The notes: generated by a model from the sequence alone, not told the origin. DNA of 64,000 nucleotides from Polyangiaceae bacterium (GCA_044376115.1 JBILLK010000017.1:96001-160000); one strand, 5' to 3'. Positions 45,534 through 55,281 are shown, counted from the stretch's first letter. Program-made: numbers and translations.

Positions 45534-47107
45534 TTACGCCACCACCGACCGCCAGTGCCGCGAGGAACCACAGCCAGGACTGGGGCTACACGGGCGAGAT
45601 CCGTCTCCTCGTAAACGAGGTCATCGAGCAAGGCTCGCAATAGCGCGATGACCATGCCGAGGAACAACGAGACGATGCCGCCGAGCGCCACGATCAGCGA
45701 CTTCCCCGGCGCTTCTGGCCGGGTTGGCTTATAGGCCGGATCGAGCACAACGACCTGATCGGAGTAGCCGCCAAGCGAAGAGGACGACTCAATTTGCGCC
45801 CTGAAGTAATTACGCTCGAGTTCATCCTTTTGGTCGCGCCCCTCAGAAACGTCGCGCGATAGCCGCGCCCACTCGGTCTCGAGGCTTACGATGCCAGTTG
45901 CTTCTTCGATACCCGAGGTAGGTTTGGCCTTCGCGTCGGCCTCTTTTTCGCGCACCGCGAGCTTGCTCTCGATCTCGCGCTTCTTCTCTCGAAGCTTGAC
46001 CTTCGCAGCTTCGGGATCTGAGGAAGGCAGCGCGCCCATCTTTGCCATACGAGAAGATGAAACCTTGTCTTCAGCTGTTTTGAGCGCATTCTCTGCGGCA
46101 GTCACACGGGTCTTTGCGGCGATGACGTCGGGGTGCTGCTCCGTGTAAGACCCGCGCTTGGAGCTAAGGTCAGCTCGAGCTGACGCCAGCGCCGACTCAG
46201 CAGCGAGCTTGGCCGACTCGAGCTCAGGATCGGCGCGAACTTCGGGTGCTCCAGCCGCAGGAGCGTCTGAGTTGAGAGCCGCTTCTAAACGCGCAGCTTG
46301 GCGCCTCAGCGCGTCGGCCGCCGCATCTCGTCCACCCGGTGCAGCAGCAGCGAGCTGGGCCTTGTGTTGGGCGCGCAACGCCGCACCAGGGCTGGTGGCG
46401 TTCTGATCGAGGGCGAACTCGGGATGCTCGGAGAGAAAGGTCGCTAGAACCAGCTCCTTTTCCTTCAGGCTCGCTTCGGCACGCTGTTTCTCCGCCTCCA
46501 AGAACTCACGTTGCACACGCGACTGCTCGACGCGCAGCCGCTGATTTTCATCGATCAGCGACTGAGCAAGCCTTCTCGTGACACGCTCGACGACTTCGGG
46601 ATCCTGGCCCTTGTACGAGATCGAAAAGGTGTCGGTGGAGCGCGGCTTGAAGGTGATGTCCTTGCGGAACTCTTCCACCGCCTCGGTGACGCCGCGCTTC
46701 TCTTTGACCTGCTGGTAGACGCCAAGTTCGTCGCTGATCACCTCGAGACGAGAGCGAGCCAAGAGCATCTCTTGCATACGCGCGCTCAGCGTGAGCCCAG
46801 GGCCGCCCGCCTGGTCACCGATCTTTACGCCTTGCCGATAGATGACGATCGTCTCGGACCTGTAGCTCGGCTTCCGAACTGCAGCGACGCCTGCGCCGAT
46901 CCCGACGCCAACCGTGACGATCACCGTCACGAGCTTCCACTGAGCAAAGGCCCGGCGAATGATTCCCAGCAGCCGCGCAAGCTCGACGCCTGCGCCTTCG
47001 CGCGGTTCCGATTCGGTCGTTGTCGGGACAGGGTTGACAGGTTCCATAGAATTCTTCAGCTGGGGCGGGGTTGGTTCAACTGTGGCGCGAATCGAGCTTG
47101 AGTTCAC
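45530..47107 (-). CDS. Polysaccharide co-polymerase (Wzc/GumC-like)
   Basis: Two TM segments flanking a long coiled coil, YTEQHPDV, VVLDPA..P..P, PVLAVVP. The start may be ATG 47047. Confidence 0.88.
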   Translation of the reverse strand: MNSSSIRATVEPTPPQLKNSMEPVNPVPTTTESEPREGAGVELARLLGIIRRAFAQWKLVTVIVTVGVGIGAGVAAVRKPSYRSETIVIYRQGVKIGDQAGGPGLTLSARMQEMLLARSRLEVISDELGVYQQVKEKRGVTEAVEEFRKDITFKPRSTDTFSISYKGQDPEVVERVTRRLAQSLIDENQRLRVEQSRVQREFLEAEKQRAEASLKEKELVLATFLSEHPEFALDQNATSPGAALRAQHKAQLAAAAPGGRDAAADALRRQAARLEAALNSDAPAAGAPEVRADPELESAKLAAESALASARADLSSKRGSYTEQHPDVIAAKTRVTAAENALKTAEDKVSSSRMAKMGALPSSDPEAAKVKLREKKREIESKLAVREKEADAKAKPTSGIEEATGIVSLETEWARLSRDVSEGRDQKDELERNYFRAQIESSSSLGGYSDQVVVLDPAYKPTRPEAPGKSLIVALGGIVSLFLGMVIALLRALLDDLVYEETDLARVAPVLAVVPRGTGGRWWRK

Positions 47108-48080
47108 CGAGGGGCCGCAGACCTAAGCGAGCGACGTCCTCAGCCTCGTACACACGCGGATCAAAAACAGCCACGACCAGTGCGACGATGAAGAGCATCC
47201 CAAAGAAAGTGGCGACCGAGGCGCGCGCCAACGCGATCACCTCGTTCACTAGAACCTTTGGGGCCCCCCAGTCGGCTTGCTCGTACCGCAGCTCGAGGCT
47301 TGCGCGGTCAGCCGACGAGGCACGAGCTAGCATGTTGCGGCGGTCAGTGGCTGCGCGCAGCTGCGAGATCGCCTGAGCGAGCGCTCGTTCGCCTCCGACC
47401 AAACGAACCAGGGCGTCACCGCGATCGCCGGTGTCATTGTCGACGTCACTGCGCGCCTGCTCGAGCTCGCGGCTGACTCGGTTGAGGTGAGCTTCGAGAT
47501 AGCTGACAGCCTCGGCTGCCGTACGTTCGGCGCCTACCATCCGCGCGCGCCGATTCTCTGCGTCACGCAGGATCACCAAGTTGCCAAGCTCGCGCGCTAT
47601 TTCCAGTGCTTTGTCGGGATCCTGGTAACGGAACTCGATGGCAATACGAGCAGAACGCGGCGGACTCTCGGTGTAGCGAGGCTCATTGAACTCGTTCTTG
47701 AAGACGTCGATATCGATTCGATCGCGGAATGACTCGATCCGAAGCCGGGGGTTCTTCTCCACCTGGTCCATTCGGTACTGGTGCTGGTTCATCAACGCCA
47801 CGAGCGTGCTCTCGGTGAACACGGCGTACGCGATGTAGTCGTGGAGCGCCTGGTTGGAGCGAACACGATTGTCGAGGGTCTCGTTGCTCTCGATGGCCAC
47901 CAAAACGACAGTCGCCGGGTACTCGCGCTGACGTCGAAGACCGCGGACCACGGTCAGCAGGGTGATACACAGGCTGATGAAGACAATCAGTAGCCGCCGG
48001 CGCCGCGCGCGCCGAACCAGCCGGCCAAGCTCGCGCGCTTGCTCTCGGCCGTCGAGCTCGTTGTCCTCCCAACGCCTCAA
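47076..48080 (-). CDS. Second, shorter polysaccharide co-polymerase-like (Wzz-like) protein
   Basis: N-terminal TM, IEFRYQDPDKA, coiled coil, C-terminal TM followed by DPRVYEAEDV...LRPLG. Confidence 0.7.
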   Translation of the reverse strand: MRRWEDNELDGREQARELGRLVRRARRRRLLIVFISLCITLLTVVRGLRRQREYPATVVLVAIESNETLDNRVRSNQALHDYIAYAVFTESTLVALMNQHQYRMDQVEKNPRLRIESFRDRIDIDVFKNEFNEPRYTESPPRSARIAIEFRYQDPDKALEIARELGNLVILRDAENRRARMVGAERTAAEAVSYLEAHLNRVSRELEQARSDVDNDTGDRGDALVRLVGGERALAQAISQLRAATDRRNMLARASSADRASLELRYEQADWGAPKVLVNEVIALARASVATFFGMLFIVALVVAVFDPRVYEAEDVARLGLRPLGELKLDSRHS

Positions 48081-49246
48081 GAGCGTGTCGCTCCGAGCAA
48101 GACGTCAGCCAAGCATCGTGCGCTGTCCGACCAAGTTCCTCGACCCGTTAGGCGGGCAACTTCAGTCGGATCAAAGGTTGCGGCCAAGCAGCGTTCAAAC
48201 GCCGCCGTTAGCGCTGGGACGTCTCTGACTGGCACGAGCGCGCCCATTCGCTCATTGTGGATCATGTCGGGGATGCCACCAACGCTCGTTGCTACGACGG
48301 GGCAACCACAGGCGAGCGCCTCGATCACACAGTTGGGCGTGCCCTCCGCATGGCTTGGCAGGGTGGTTAGGTCTGCAGCTGAATAATAGGGAGCTACCGC
48401 GTCGGGCTCCTTCATCCCGGTTAGGACCACGCGTCCGCCCATCCCCTCGGCCCAGGAGCGTACGGCCTCGCCGTCCTCCCCATCCCCCACCAGGACGAGG
48501 TCAACATTCGCCACGCGGGCGGACAAGGCTTCGAAGCTTTGCATCAGTTCGTAGATGCCTTTGCGGCGCTCGAGCCTTCCGACGTACACGATGTGTTTTC
48601 GGTCTGTGGGAAGGCCGAGCTCGAGCTTGGTCTTGTGTCGGTCGCGAAGGTGAAACAGCTCCGAGTCCACCCCGTCTTCAACGACCGCGATCTTGCTCCA
48701 AGGCACACCGAACTCGTGCGCCGCAGAGGCCAGTGGGTAGCTGACTGCCGCAATTCGTTGCACCTTCGGGAAGCCCCACTTCACCCAAGGGCCAACCTGG
48801 GCCATGCGCGCCGCGACGTTCATATCGCCGCCATGGAGTTTCACCACCACCGGCAAATTGAGCGCACGGCCGAGCAAGACCGACGCAATGCCATCAGGGT
48901 AGGCGAAGGGCGAAAGGATGACGTCATAGCGTGAACGCAGTTTGGCGACGTCGGCAAAGGCGCCCGCCGCATAGAGCGGCGCCGCAACGACTGGCAGCTT
49001 CGGGATGTGCAAATAGCGAGGGTGAAGGACCTGCAGCCCGGCGATCTCCTCGCTGCGAGGGTTGGTCGTCGACTTTTGATGCCCCTTTTTGCCGAACAAG
49101 CCTACGCCGGGGAAGGTCGGAACCGGGTTGATGACGGTTACCTCATGCCCCTGCTGGGCAAGCGCCGCCAATTGCTTCTTGTTGTACGGGCCGGCCACCG
49201 GATCGGCACGACTCGGAAAGATCCGAGTTACGCAAAGAACGCGCAT
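48077..49246 (-). CDS. Glycosyltransferase family 4
   Basis: YVGRLERRKG, LPSHAEGTPNCVIEALACGCPVV, VGGIPD. Confidence 0.92.
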   Translation of the reverse strand: MRVLCVTRIFPSRADPVAGPYNKKQLAALAQQGHEVTVINPVPTFPGVGLFGKKGHQKSTTNPRSEEIAGLQVLHPRYLHIPKLPVVAAPLYAAGAFADVAKLRSRYDVILSPFAYPDGIASVLLGRALNLPVVVKLHGGDMNVAARMAQVGPWVKWGFPKVQRIAAVSYPLASAAHEFGVPWSKIAVVEDGVDSELFHLRDRHKTKLELGLPTDRKHIVYVGRLERRKGIYELMQSFEALSARVANVDLVLVGDGEDGEAVRSWAEGMGGRVVLTGMKEPDAVAPYYSAADLTTLPSHAEGTPNCVIEALACGCPVVATSVGGIPDMIHNERMGALVPVRDVPALTAAFERCLAATFDPTEVARLTGRGTWSDSARCLADVLLGATRS

Positions 49247-49261
49247 CTTCGTACCACCTGG

Positions 49262-49573
49262 TCAGGAGCCAGGACGGCCTGGAAACACGCGATCGAGTTG
49301 GAGCAATTTGAAGATTGCAAGGGGTTGGTCCTTGAGACCAGTGATCCGCACTTCACCACCGTGCGCCCGAACTCGCTTGAGTAACGACACCAGCGCTCCG
49401 ACGCCTGAGCTGTCGATCAAACGCAGGTTCGAGACGTCCACCGTGATGCTCTTTCTTTCCTCGGCCACGACAGCGTCGAGCGTGGGGCGCAGCTCCGGTG
49501 CAGAGAGCGCATCCAAAGTTCCGTCGATGCTAAGGATAGTTTGATCGCCGTTATCGGTTCGAGCGTGACCCAT
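49262..49573 (-). CDS. STAS-domain anti-sigma factor antagonist
   Basis: IDGTLDA and LRLIDSSGVGAL with the conserved phospho-Ser. Confidence 0.92.
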   Translation of the reverse strand: MGHARTDNGDQTILSIDGTLDALSAPELRPTLDAVVAEERKSITVDVSNLRLIDSSGVGALVSLLKRVRAHGGEVRITGLKDQPLAIFKLLQLDRVFPGRPGS

Positions 49574-49613
49574 AATTTCTCCCTAGAGCGCTCGCAATTT
49601 ACACGAACCACCC

Positions 49614-49632
49614 GCGAACTGAGAAAGTTCGC
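49614..49632. promoter_or_regulatory. Perfect 7-bp inverted repeat upstream of the STAS-GT-PCP operon
   Basis: GCGAACT-GAGAA-AGTTCGC. Confidence 0.35.
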
Positions 49633-49687
49633 CTAGCTTAGGTACACGAAAACGGGGCTGCTCGCGAATCCCGTCGCACAAAAGCGC

Positions 49688-52150
49688 TCACTCGGGTGGT
49701 CCAGCCTCAATCGCCCTTCGATAACGCGCCCGCCGCGGTGCGTCCCTCAGCACCTCGAAGGCCTCCTCCACCACCTCCACAATCAGCGTAACATCCGTAT
49801 AGAGGTCCCGCGTCTGGGGCGTTAGCAAACGCGACGGCTCGAAGGTACGACGCAAATCGAGGTATGCCCGCTTCACCTCGTAAGAGGTGGCTTCACGTTG
49901 AATGCCGAGCAGCGCGAAGTAGTCGCCCTCCCGGACGAGCGTCAGTTTTGCGCGCACTTTGGCGCGAATGGCCTCATCGTCGAGCGGATCGAAGGGCGCA
50001 ACACCAGCGACCTTGAGCGAACTCGCAGGTGCGATCGCAACGAGCACACCAAGCTCGATCAGCGCGAACAGAACGCTCGCTGCTTGCGGAGATTCGCTCA
50101 GGAGCTCCTCCAGCAGCCGACCCGACGCACCGCGCACGAGCGCTTCCTCATCCTCAGGGAGCGCGCACTCTGAGAGAATTCCGTGCTGCTTGCCTCGATC
50201 GAAACGCGCACGAGCACCGCCCATGAGCGCGATGCAGCGCTCTGGCGACAGCACCCGACGCGCGGCTTCCACGAACACCTCAGCGCCCGTCGCGCCGCCG
50301 AATACGCTTGGCTCTGAACGGAGCCGCGTGGGCACCTCAGGCTCGACCAGCACCGACCCTGGCCCGCTCACGAGCGCACGCCCGATCAACCACTCGGCAT
50401 GTGCACGGAGCACCGGCCAGAGGTCATTCTGTGCAAGGTGGCTTTGTGCGATCAAGGCGGCCCCGGCGTGCCGACCCGAGGGTGGAAGGCGCCCTGCCAA
50501 GCGCTCTGCCGCCTCCCGAGAGAGCTCGCCACGCATCGCCAGAAAGGCCACCAAGCTCTCCTCGGCGACGTCCGAGCTCGCGGTGACGATGTCTCCGTCG
50601 GAGAACAACACCGTACGAACCCCCTGATCGGTGGTTAAGGAGACAGCTCCAGTCTGGCGTGAAACGATCGCTTGCGCGAGCGGACGCAAGCCCTCGTGCG
50701 GCCCAAACACAGCGGCTTGACTGACGTCGGCGCGAACCGAGTGGGCCGCAGGGCTGATGCCCTCTTGCGGCCGTACTTGCTCTGACGCTCGCGGCGCCTC
50801 CACCGGACTCAAGGGGCGCAAAAACTCCTCGGGCCTCACGATCTGTGCCGGCTCTTCCGATTCGCTGGGCATCACGCCATGAAAGCCACTCACGGAGCGT
50901 CCGCTGCCGAACGAACGCTGCTCCTGAAAGCGGACAGGTGGGGAGATTGTCGGTGCGACTTGCGGAAACGCGGGTACGACCTGCGGCACGGCAAGGTTCG
51001 TGAGGGCCGAAACGCCCAGCGGCGTTGGCGGCACGATGAGCTTTGCTCCGCTGACGGCGTGCGGCGCAACCTCGGTATGGGGGCGAATCGGAGCTCCGCG
51101 TCGGACTTCGTCCACCCGAATTCCGAGCAGGTCTGCCACGCGCACACCAAGCGCTGGAGTTCCACTGCGGGTCGCTGGATTGGCGGTGCTCAACCCGGCG
51201 ATCTCAGCCGAATAATCGAGCGATGGCCGCGGACCAGGCTCCGAAGGATAACGCGTTGCCTCGTTCGGCGCGGGCGTAACGCCGGTGCCGCGCGGCAAGG
51301 GCGTTAGCGCAACGAGCGACCCCGTTCCACTCGGCGCTCCGAGCGAGGGCAGCGCGTTGCCGATCCCGCCCGTTCCTTCGAGTTCGTCCGCCGCATCGAG
51401 CGGTTCATCCAGCTGCAGCAAGAGGTCGGGCGGAAGCAGGCAATCACCGTCATCCGCCGCAACGGGAAGGCTGCCCTGTTCGAGCAACTGCGAGCGTACG
51501 CGCTCCTCAGCAGCGGCCATGGCGGCCGCGAGCTCCGGACTCAAACGAATGCTCGATGAAGCAAGCCCCGCGGAAATTCCGCCGTCCGCGGACTCTGCGA
51601 GCCCGACCTCGAGCGGGTCCTCGGCGCGCGGAAAATCCGAGATCGGCGGGATGCTGTCAGCAGCGGGCGGAGAGGACGCACGCTGCAACAACATCGGTGG
51701 TGGAGTCGTCCCGCGCGAGGAGAAATCTCCTCCTGCCGGCCCAGCGACGTGAGAAATCCGGTCCACTAGCCGTTGCACGTCGAGCGGGCGCTCAAACACG
51801 TTGCTGCTCAGGCTCACGTCCTGGAGCTCAGCGGCTCGCAGCGGGTCCCCCAAGCAGAAGATCTCCGCGCGTTTGCCGGCGAAGGTTTCACGTAGCCGCT
51901 TGATCTTGTCGACCGCTCCAGCCTGATCGATGTCGACCACGACGACGCGGGGCTCCTCGCTGAGAACCCGAGACTCGAGCAACGACAGTGGGACATCGAA
52001 CAAGGTAAACCCGCGCAGCCGCAAGATGACCGCAACGTCCTCCGCCTCGACCGAGGAATCGGAAAGGACGATGGCGTCACCTCGCTGAGCCTCATCAGGA
52101 CTCGCGGCCGGGGGATTGGTTCTGGGCACTCGGATTCGCGAATGTACCAA
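49688..52150 (-). CDS. Pseudo-receiver + Pro-rich linker + DUF4388-like + DnaJ-like domain protein
   Basis: N-terminal PRVVVVD receiver-like fold, QTGAV...FSDGDIV.ASS (DUF4388-like), DYFALLGI...EVKRAY...EAFEVLRD..RR.RY. HPD is replaced by EPS. Confidence 0.75.
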   Translation of the reverse strand: MVHSRIRVPRTNPPAASPDEAQRGDAIVLSDSSVEAEDVAVILRLRGFTLFDVPLSLLESRVLSEEPRVVVVDIDQAGAVDKIKRLRETFAGKRAEIFCLGDPLRAAELQDVSLSSNVFERPLDVQRLVDRISHVAGPAGGDFSSRGTTPPPMLLQRASSPPAADSIPPISDFPRAEDPLEVGLAESADGGISAGLASSSIRLSPELAAAMAAAEERVRSQLLEQGSLPVAADDGDCLLPPDLLLQLDEPLDAADELEGTGGIGNALPSLGAPSGTGSLVALTPLPRGTGVTPAPNEATRYPSEPGPRPSLDYSAEIAGLSTANPATRSGTPALGVRVADLLGIRVDEVRRGAPIRPHTEVAPHAVSGAKLIVPPTPLGVSALTNLAVPQVVPAFPQVAPTISPPVRFQEQRSFGSGRSVSGFHGVMPSESEEPAQIVRPEEFLRPLSPVEAPRASEQVRPQEGISPAAHSVRADVSQAAVFGPHEGLRPLAQAIVSRQTGAVSLTTDQGVRTVLFSDGDIVTASSDVAEESLVAFLAMRGELSREAAERLAGRLPPSGRHAGAALIAQSHLAQNDLWPVLRAHAEWLIGRALVSGPGSVLVEPEVPTRLRSEPSVFGGATGAEVFVEAARRVLSPERCIALMGGARARFDRGKQHGILSECALPEDEEALVRGASGRLLEELLSESPQAASVLFALIELGVLVAIAPASSLKVAGVAPFDPLDDEAIRAKVRAKLTLVREGDYFALLGIQREATSYEVKRAYLDLRRTFEPSRLLTPQTRDLYTDVTLIVEVVEEAFEVLRDAPRRARYRRAIEAGPPE

Positions 52151-52213
52151 AGCCCCGCGCTTCTTCCATGACAGAGGTTGCGGACGCGCGTGACTGGTGA
52201 TTAGAAGGCCAAT

Positions 52214-52342
52214 ATGTCGCTGCTGGGTGCATCAACGAACGAGATCCTCTTTTCGGCGGTGCTCGTAGCGCTAACCCTGCTCGGGACCTACGTCGGAGAC
52301 TTCAGCGAGGCCATTCAAAAGAGCCTCTCGCGCAAGTCATGA
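52214..52342 (+). CDS. 42-aa small membrane protein, TatA/E-like (absent from the ORF track)
   Basis: RBS AGAAGG, MSLLGASTNEILFSAVLVALTLLGTYVGDFSEAIQKSLSRKS, ATGA overlap with the next gene. Confidence 0.6.
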   Translation: MSLLGASTNEILFSAVLVALTLLGTYVGDFSEAIQKSLSRKS

Positions 52343-53544
52343 GCACGACGGAAGATCCGCCCAAGGCCAAGCTCGAAGAGGCCGAGACGGGGGAGGAGCA
52401 GGAGGACTCGGAGGGCAACGCCGAAGAGCCGCCGAGCGAGCGTCCTTCCGCTACCAAGCTCGAGCGTACCGAGCGTGTATCGCTCCCACCAAAGTCGGGC
52501 TTTCGTAAGAGCTTGGCGATCGCCGTGGGCGTGCTGCTGGCAGTGATCGCAGCGATCTTCATCATCCGACGAGTGCGTGAAGAGCCTCAAGCCGCGAGCC
52601 CCGTCGCCGCTCCCTCCGCGCTCGACGCCATCCCCGAGGGAGCGTTCTTGGTTGCCACCGCGGACCTGCGAGTCTTGCGGCAGGAGCCGCTGACAGCCCC
52701 GTTCCTCTCAGGGGATCGCGATGTCGCCGGCCTTGGACCGATGCGCACGGCCTGTGGCTTCGACCCGCTCAGCCTCGTGGACGAGCTGGCGATTGGGATA
52801 CCCGACTCACCCGACGATGATTTTGGCGTCGTGGCGCTTGGACGGCTCACCGCGGAGCCCATCGCTGAATGCGCTCGCAAGATGATCACCGCGCGAGGTG
52901 GTACGCCGGTGACCGCAGACTTGGGCAGGTTCAAGAGCGTTCGCGATGCAAAGAACGCAAGTTCGGGGGAGATCGCCGTCGCCCCCAACGGCCCGCTGCT
53001 GTTTGGTGGTGGCGCGTATCTGCGCGCGATGATGGCTGCGGCGGAAGCGCCAGGCGGCCAGGCGCGCGGGTCGGCGCACACTGGACTGCGCAAGGTGCTC
53101 GTCAATCACGACACCATCCAGGCCACCATCGTGCTCAGCCCCGCACAGCGGAAGACCATCGCCGACGAGCTATCGAAGGCCAAGGGAGAGGCACCTCTGG
53201 GGGTTGGCTATATCGCCGGTGCAGGGCTTGGAATTCGCTTCGCGGGCAACGAGGCGCGGTTGCTCTTGGTGCTACGCACCGATCAGCCCGACCAGGTCGC
53301 GGCCGTGACCGAACTGCTCGCGGCGAACCTCGGGTCCGTCGCAGAGGGGCCAGCCGTGCGCATGATTGGCGCCGGAGAGGTACTTCGGCGTGTTCAGCTC
53401 GAGACGCAAGGCAACGACGTGCGGGCCTCGGTCACTGTGACCGGCGCCGAGGTGGCAGACATCCTCGAGAAGGCCAACCGACTAGCCACGCTTGTGAACG
53501 CAATGGAAGCTGGAACGCCGGTGGAAAACCAACCGCAGCCGTAA
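52339..53544 (+). CDS. Hypothetical single-TM periplasmic protein
   Basis: Acidic N-terminus, TM (LAIAVGVLLAVIAAIFII), long globular C-terminal region. Confidence 0.7.
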   Translation: MSTTEDPPKAKLEEAETGEEQEDSEGNAEEPPSERPSATKLERTERVSLPPKSGFRKSLAIAVGVLLAVIAAIFIIRRVREEPQAASPVAAPSALDAIPEGAFLVATADLRVLRQEPLTAPFLSGDRDVAGLGPMRTACGFDPLSLVDELAIGIPDSPDDDFGVVALGRLTAEPIAECARKMITARGGTPVTADLGRFKSVRDAKNASSGEIAVAPNGPLLFGGGAYLRAMMAAAEAPGGQARGSAHTGLRKVLVNHDTIQATIVLSPAQRKTIADELSKAKGEAPLGVGYIAGAGLGIRFAGNEARLLLVLRTDQPDQVAAVTELLAANLGSVAEGPAVRMIGAGEVLRRVQLETQGNDVRASVTVTGAEVADILEKANRLATLVNAMEAGTPVENQPQP

Positions 53545-53612
53545 CGCTGCGTTACCTAAACGTCTTTTTCAAGTTCGGTGAAAGAATGGGCCGCCGTCGG
53601 CCAAGCTTGGAC

Positions 53613-53945
53613 ATGAAGATTAGCGTAGCCCATCGTTTGCTTGCATTCGGAGCGTTGGTCTCTGCAGTTGGTTGTGCCGGCGGAGACCCTCCCGAAATCG
53701 ACTGCGATACGGCGACGGTCAAAGGCTACGCCGAGCTAGGAGAAGCGTTCTCCTATTGCACCCAGTGTCACGGTGCCACCCGCGCCGACGAAGGTATCGC
53801 GCTGCACACCTACGAGCTCGCTGTTGAGCATGCCTCGCGTAGCGAGCGCTCGATCGCAAACGGCTCGATGCCGCCCGATGAGACGATGCCCGAATCGCTG
53901 GAGACCGACTTCTACACCTGGGCGCAGTGCGGCACGCCTCCGTGA
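53613..53945 (+). CDS. Small mono-heme c-type cytochrome lipoprotein
   Basis: Internal ATG of a longer, probably spurious ORF. Lipobox AVGC, CTQCH, distal Met motif GSMPP, W..CG.P end. Confidence 0.75.
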   Translation: MKISVAHRLLAFGALVSAVGCAGGDPPEIDCDTATVKGYAELGEAFSYCTQCHGATRADEGIALHTYELAVEHASRSERSIANGSMPPDETMPESLETDFYTWAQCGTPP

Positions 53946-53952
53946 CTGCGAG

Positions 53953-55281
53953 CTAAGGCTCGATGCCCAGCTCGCGCATGCGGCGCCAGAGCGTAATCCG
54001 ACTAAACCCAAGGATTTTGGCCGCTCGCTCGCGGTTGCCGGCCGCCCTGTCGAGCGCCCGCTTGATACGAGCCGCCTCGGGCGAAAGCTCCACGACGGGA
54101 GCAAGCGGCGGCCTTTCCTTCGAAACGCTGGGGTGCTCGTCCTCCATCGACTCTTCCTGCTCCAAGAGCTCCGGCGGCAGATCGCTCGGCAAGAGGATCG
54201 GCCCCTCCCCGATCGCAAACGCGTACGAAATGACGTTACGCAGTTCGCGAACATTGCCCAAAAAGGCATAGCGCTCCATCCGCTCGATCGCCGCTGGCGC
54301 GATCTGTTGCACCTGACGCCGACTCTTGCCGTTCATCTCGCTCACCAGCTTGTCGGCAAGCAGCCGGATGTCACCAGGACGTTCGCGAAGCGGTGGCAAG
54401 AAGATCGGGATGACGCGGAGCCGGTACATCAAGTCCGCGCGAAACCGGCCAGCCTCGACCTCCTTGCGCAGCGCGCGATGAGTTGCAGATATCACCCGTA
54501 CATCGACGGGAATCGGATCGCGACCACCGACAGGGATCACCGTGCGCGTCTCGATCACGCGCAGCAACTTGGCTTGCAGCTCCAGCGGAAGCTCGGCCAC
54601 CTCATCGAGAAAGAGCGTCCCCTTGTTCGCGAGCTGTACGTGCCCTTGGACGTCCCGAACAGCGCCAGTGAAGGCTCCGCGCGTGTGACCAAAAAGCTCG
54701 CTCTCGAGCAAATTGCTCGGTAGCGCTGCACAGTTGATCGCGCGAAACGGACCTCCCTTCCGCTGCGATAGCTGGTGAATCGCCTGAGCGACGAGCTCCT
54801 TACCGCTGCCTGTCTCACCGCGAATGAGCACGGTCATTTCTTCCGCGGCAACGCGCTCCATCACGCGAAACACCTGCTTCATCCGGGTGTCCTGCGTCCA
54901 CATCCCGTGGAACAAGATGGGGCCGTTCTCGTCCACGTCACTGGCGTCATCGAGCAGCAGCAGCCACGCGCGATTCGGCAAGGGAAGTGAACGGACCGAA
55001 ATGCGACGCCCTGGCTCACTCGACCCAGGATGTGGAATCGAGGCGGTGACTGCGGAACCAGCGGCGAGCGCTTCGGCGATCGGCCGCTTCACCGCCCCTC
55101 CACACAAAACGCGCACTGCGAGCTCACCCGTGGCTACGCGAAAGCCGAGCAGCGTCTCCGCCTGGGGCGTCGCAAGCACCACATGCAAACCAGCATCGAG
55201 CACCAGCACCGCACCACCGAGCTGACCAAGCCCCTCGGCGATTGATTGCGCGATCACGGGGTCGGAAGCGGACGCCTTCAT
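53953..55281 (-). CDS. sigma54-dependent enhancer-binding protein with N-terminal PAS-like domain
   Basis: GETGSGKE, GAFTGA, FLDEVAE, GNVRELRN, HTH GNRERAAKILG.SRITLWRR. Confidence 0.92.
   Translation of the reverse strand: MKASASDPVIAQSIAEGLGQLGGAVLVLDAGLHVVLATPQAETLLGFRVATGELAVRVLCGGAVKRPIAEALAAGSAVTASIPHPGSSEPGRRISVRSLPLPNRAWLLLLDDASDVDENGPILFHGMWTQDTRMKQVFRVMERVAAEEMTVLIRGETGSGKELVAQAIHQLSQRKGGPFRAINCAALPSNLLESELFGHTRGAFTGAVRDVQGHVQLANKGTLFLDEVAELPLELQAKLLRVIETRTVIPVGGRDPIPVDVRVISATHRALRKEVEAGRFRADLMYRLRVIPIFLPPLRERPGDIRLLADKLVSEMNGKSRRQVQQIAPAAIERMERYAFLGNVRELRNVISYAFAIGEGPILLPSDLPPELLEQEESMEDEHPSVSKERPPLAPVVELSPEAARIKRALDRAAGNRERAAKILGFSRITLWRRMRELGIEP

Noticed and set aside
52869..53612. 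N-terminal part of the 358-aa ORF
   Set aside because: It is an Arg-rich off-frame shadow of 52339-53544. Only the portion from ATG 53613 looks like a real protein.
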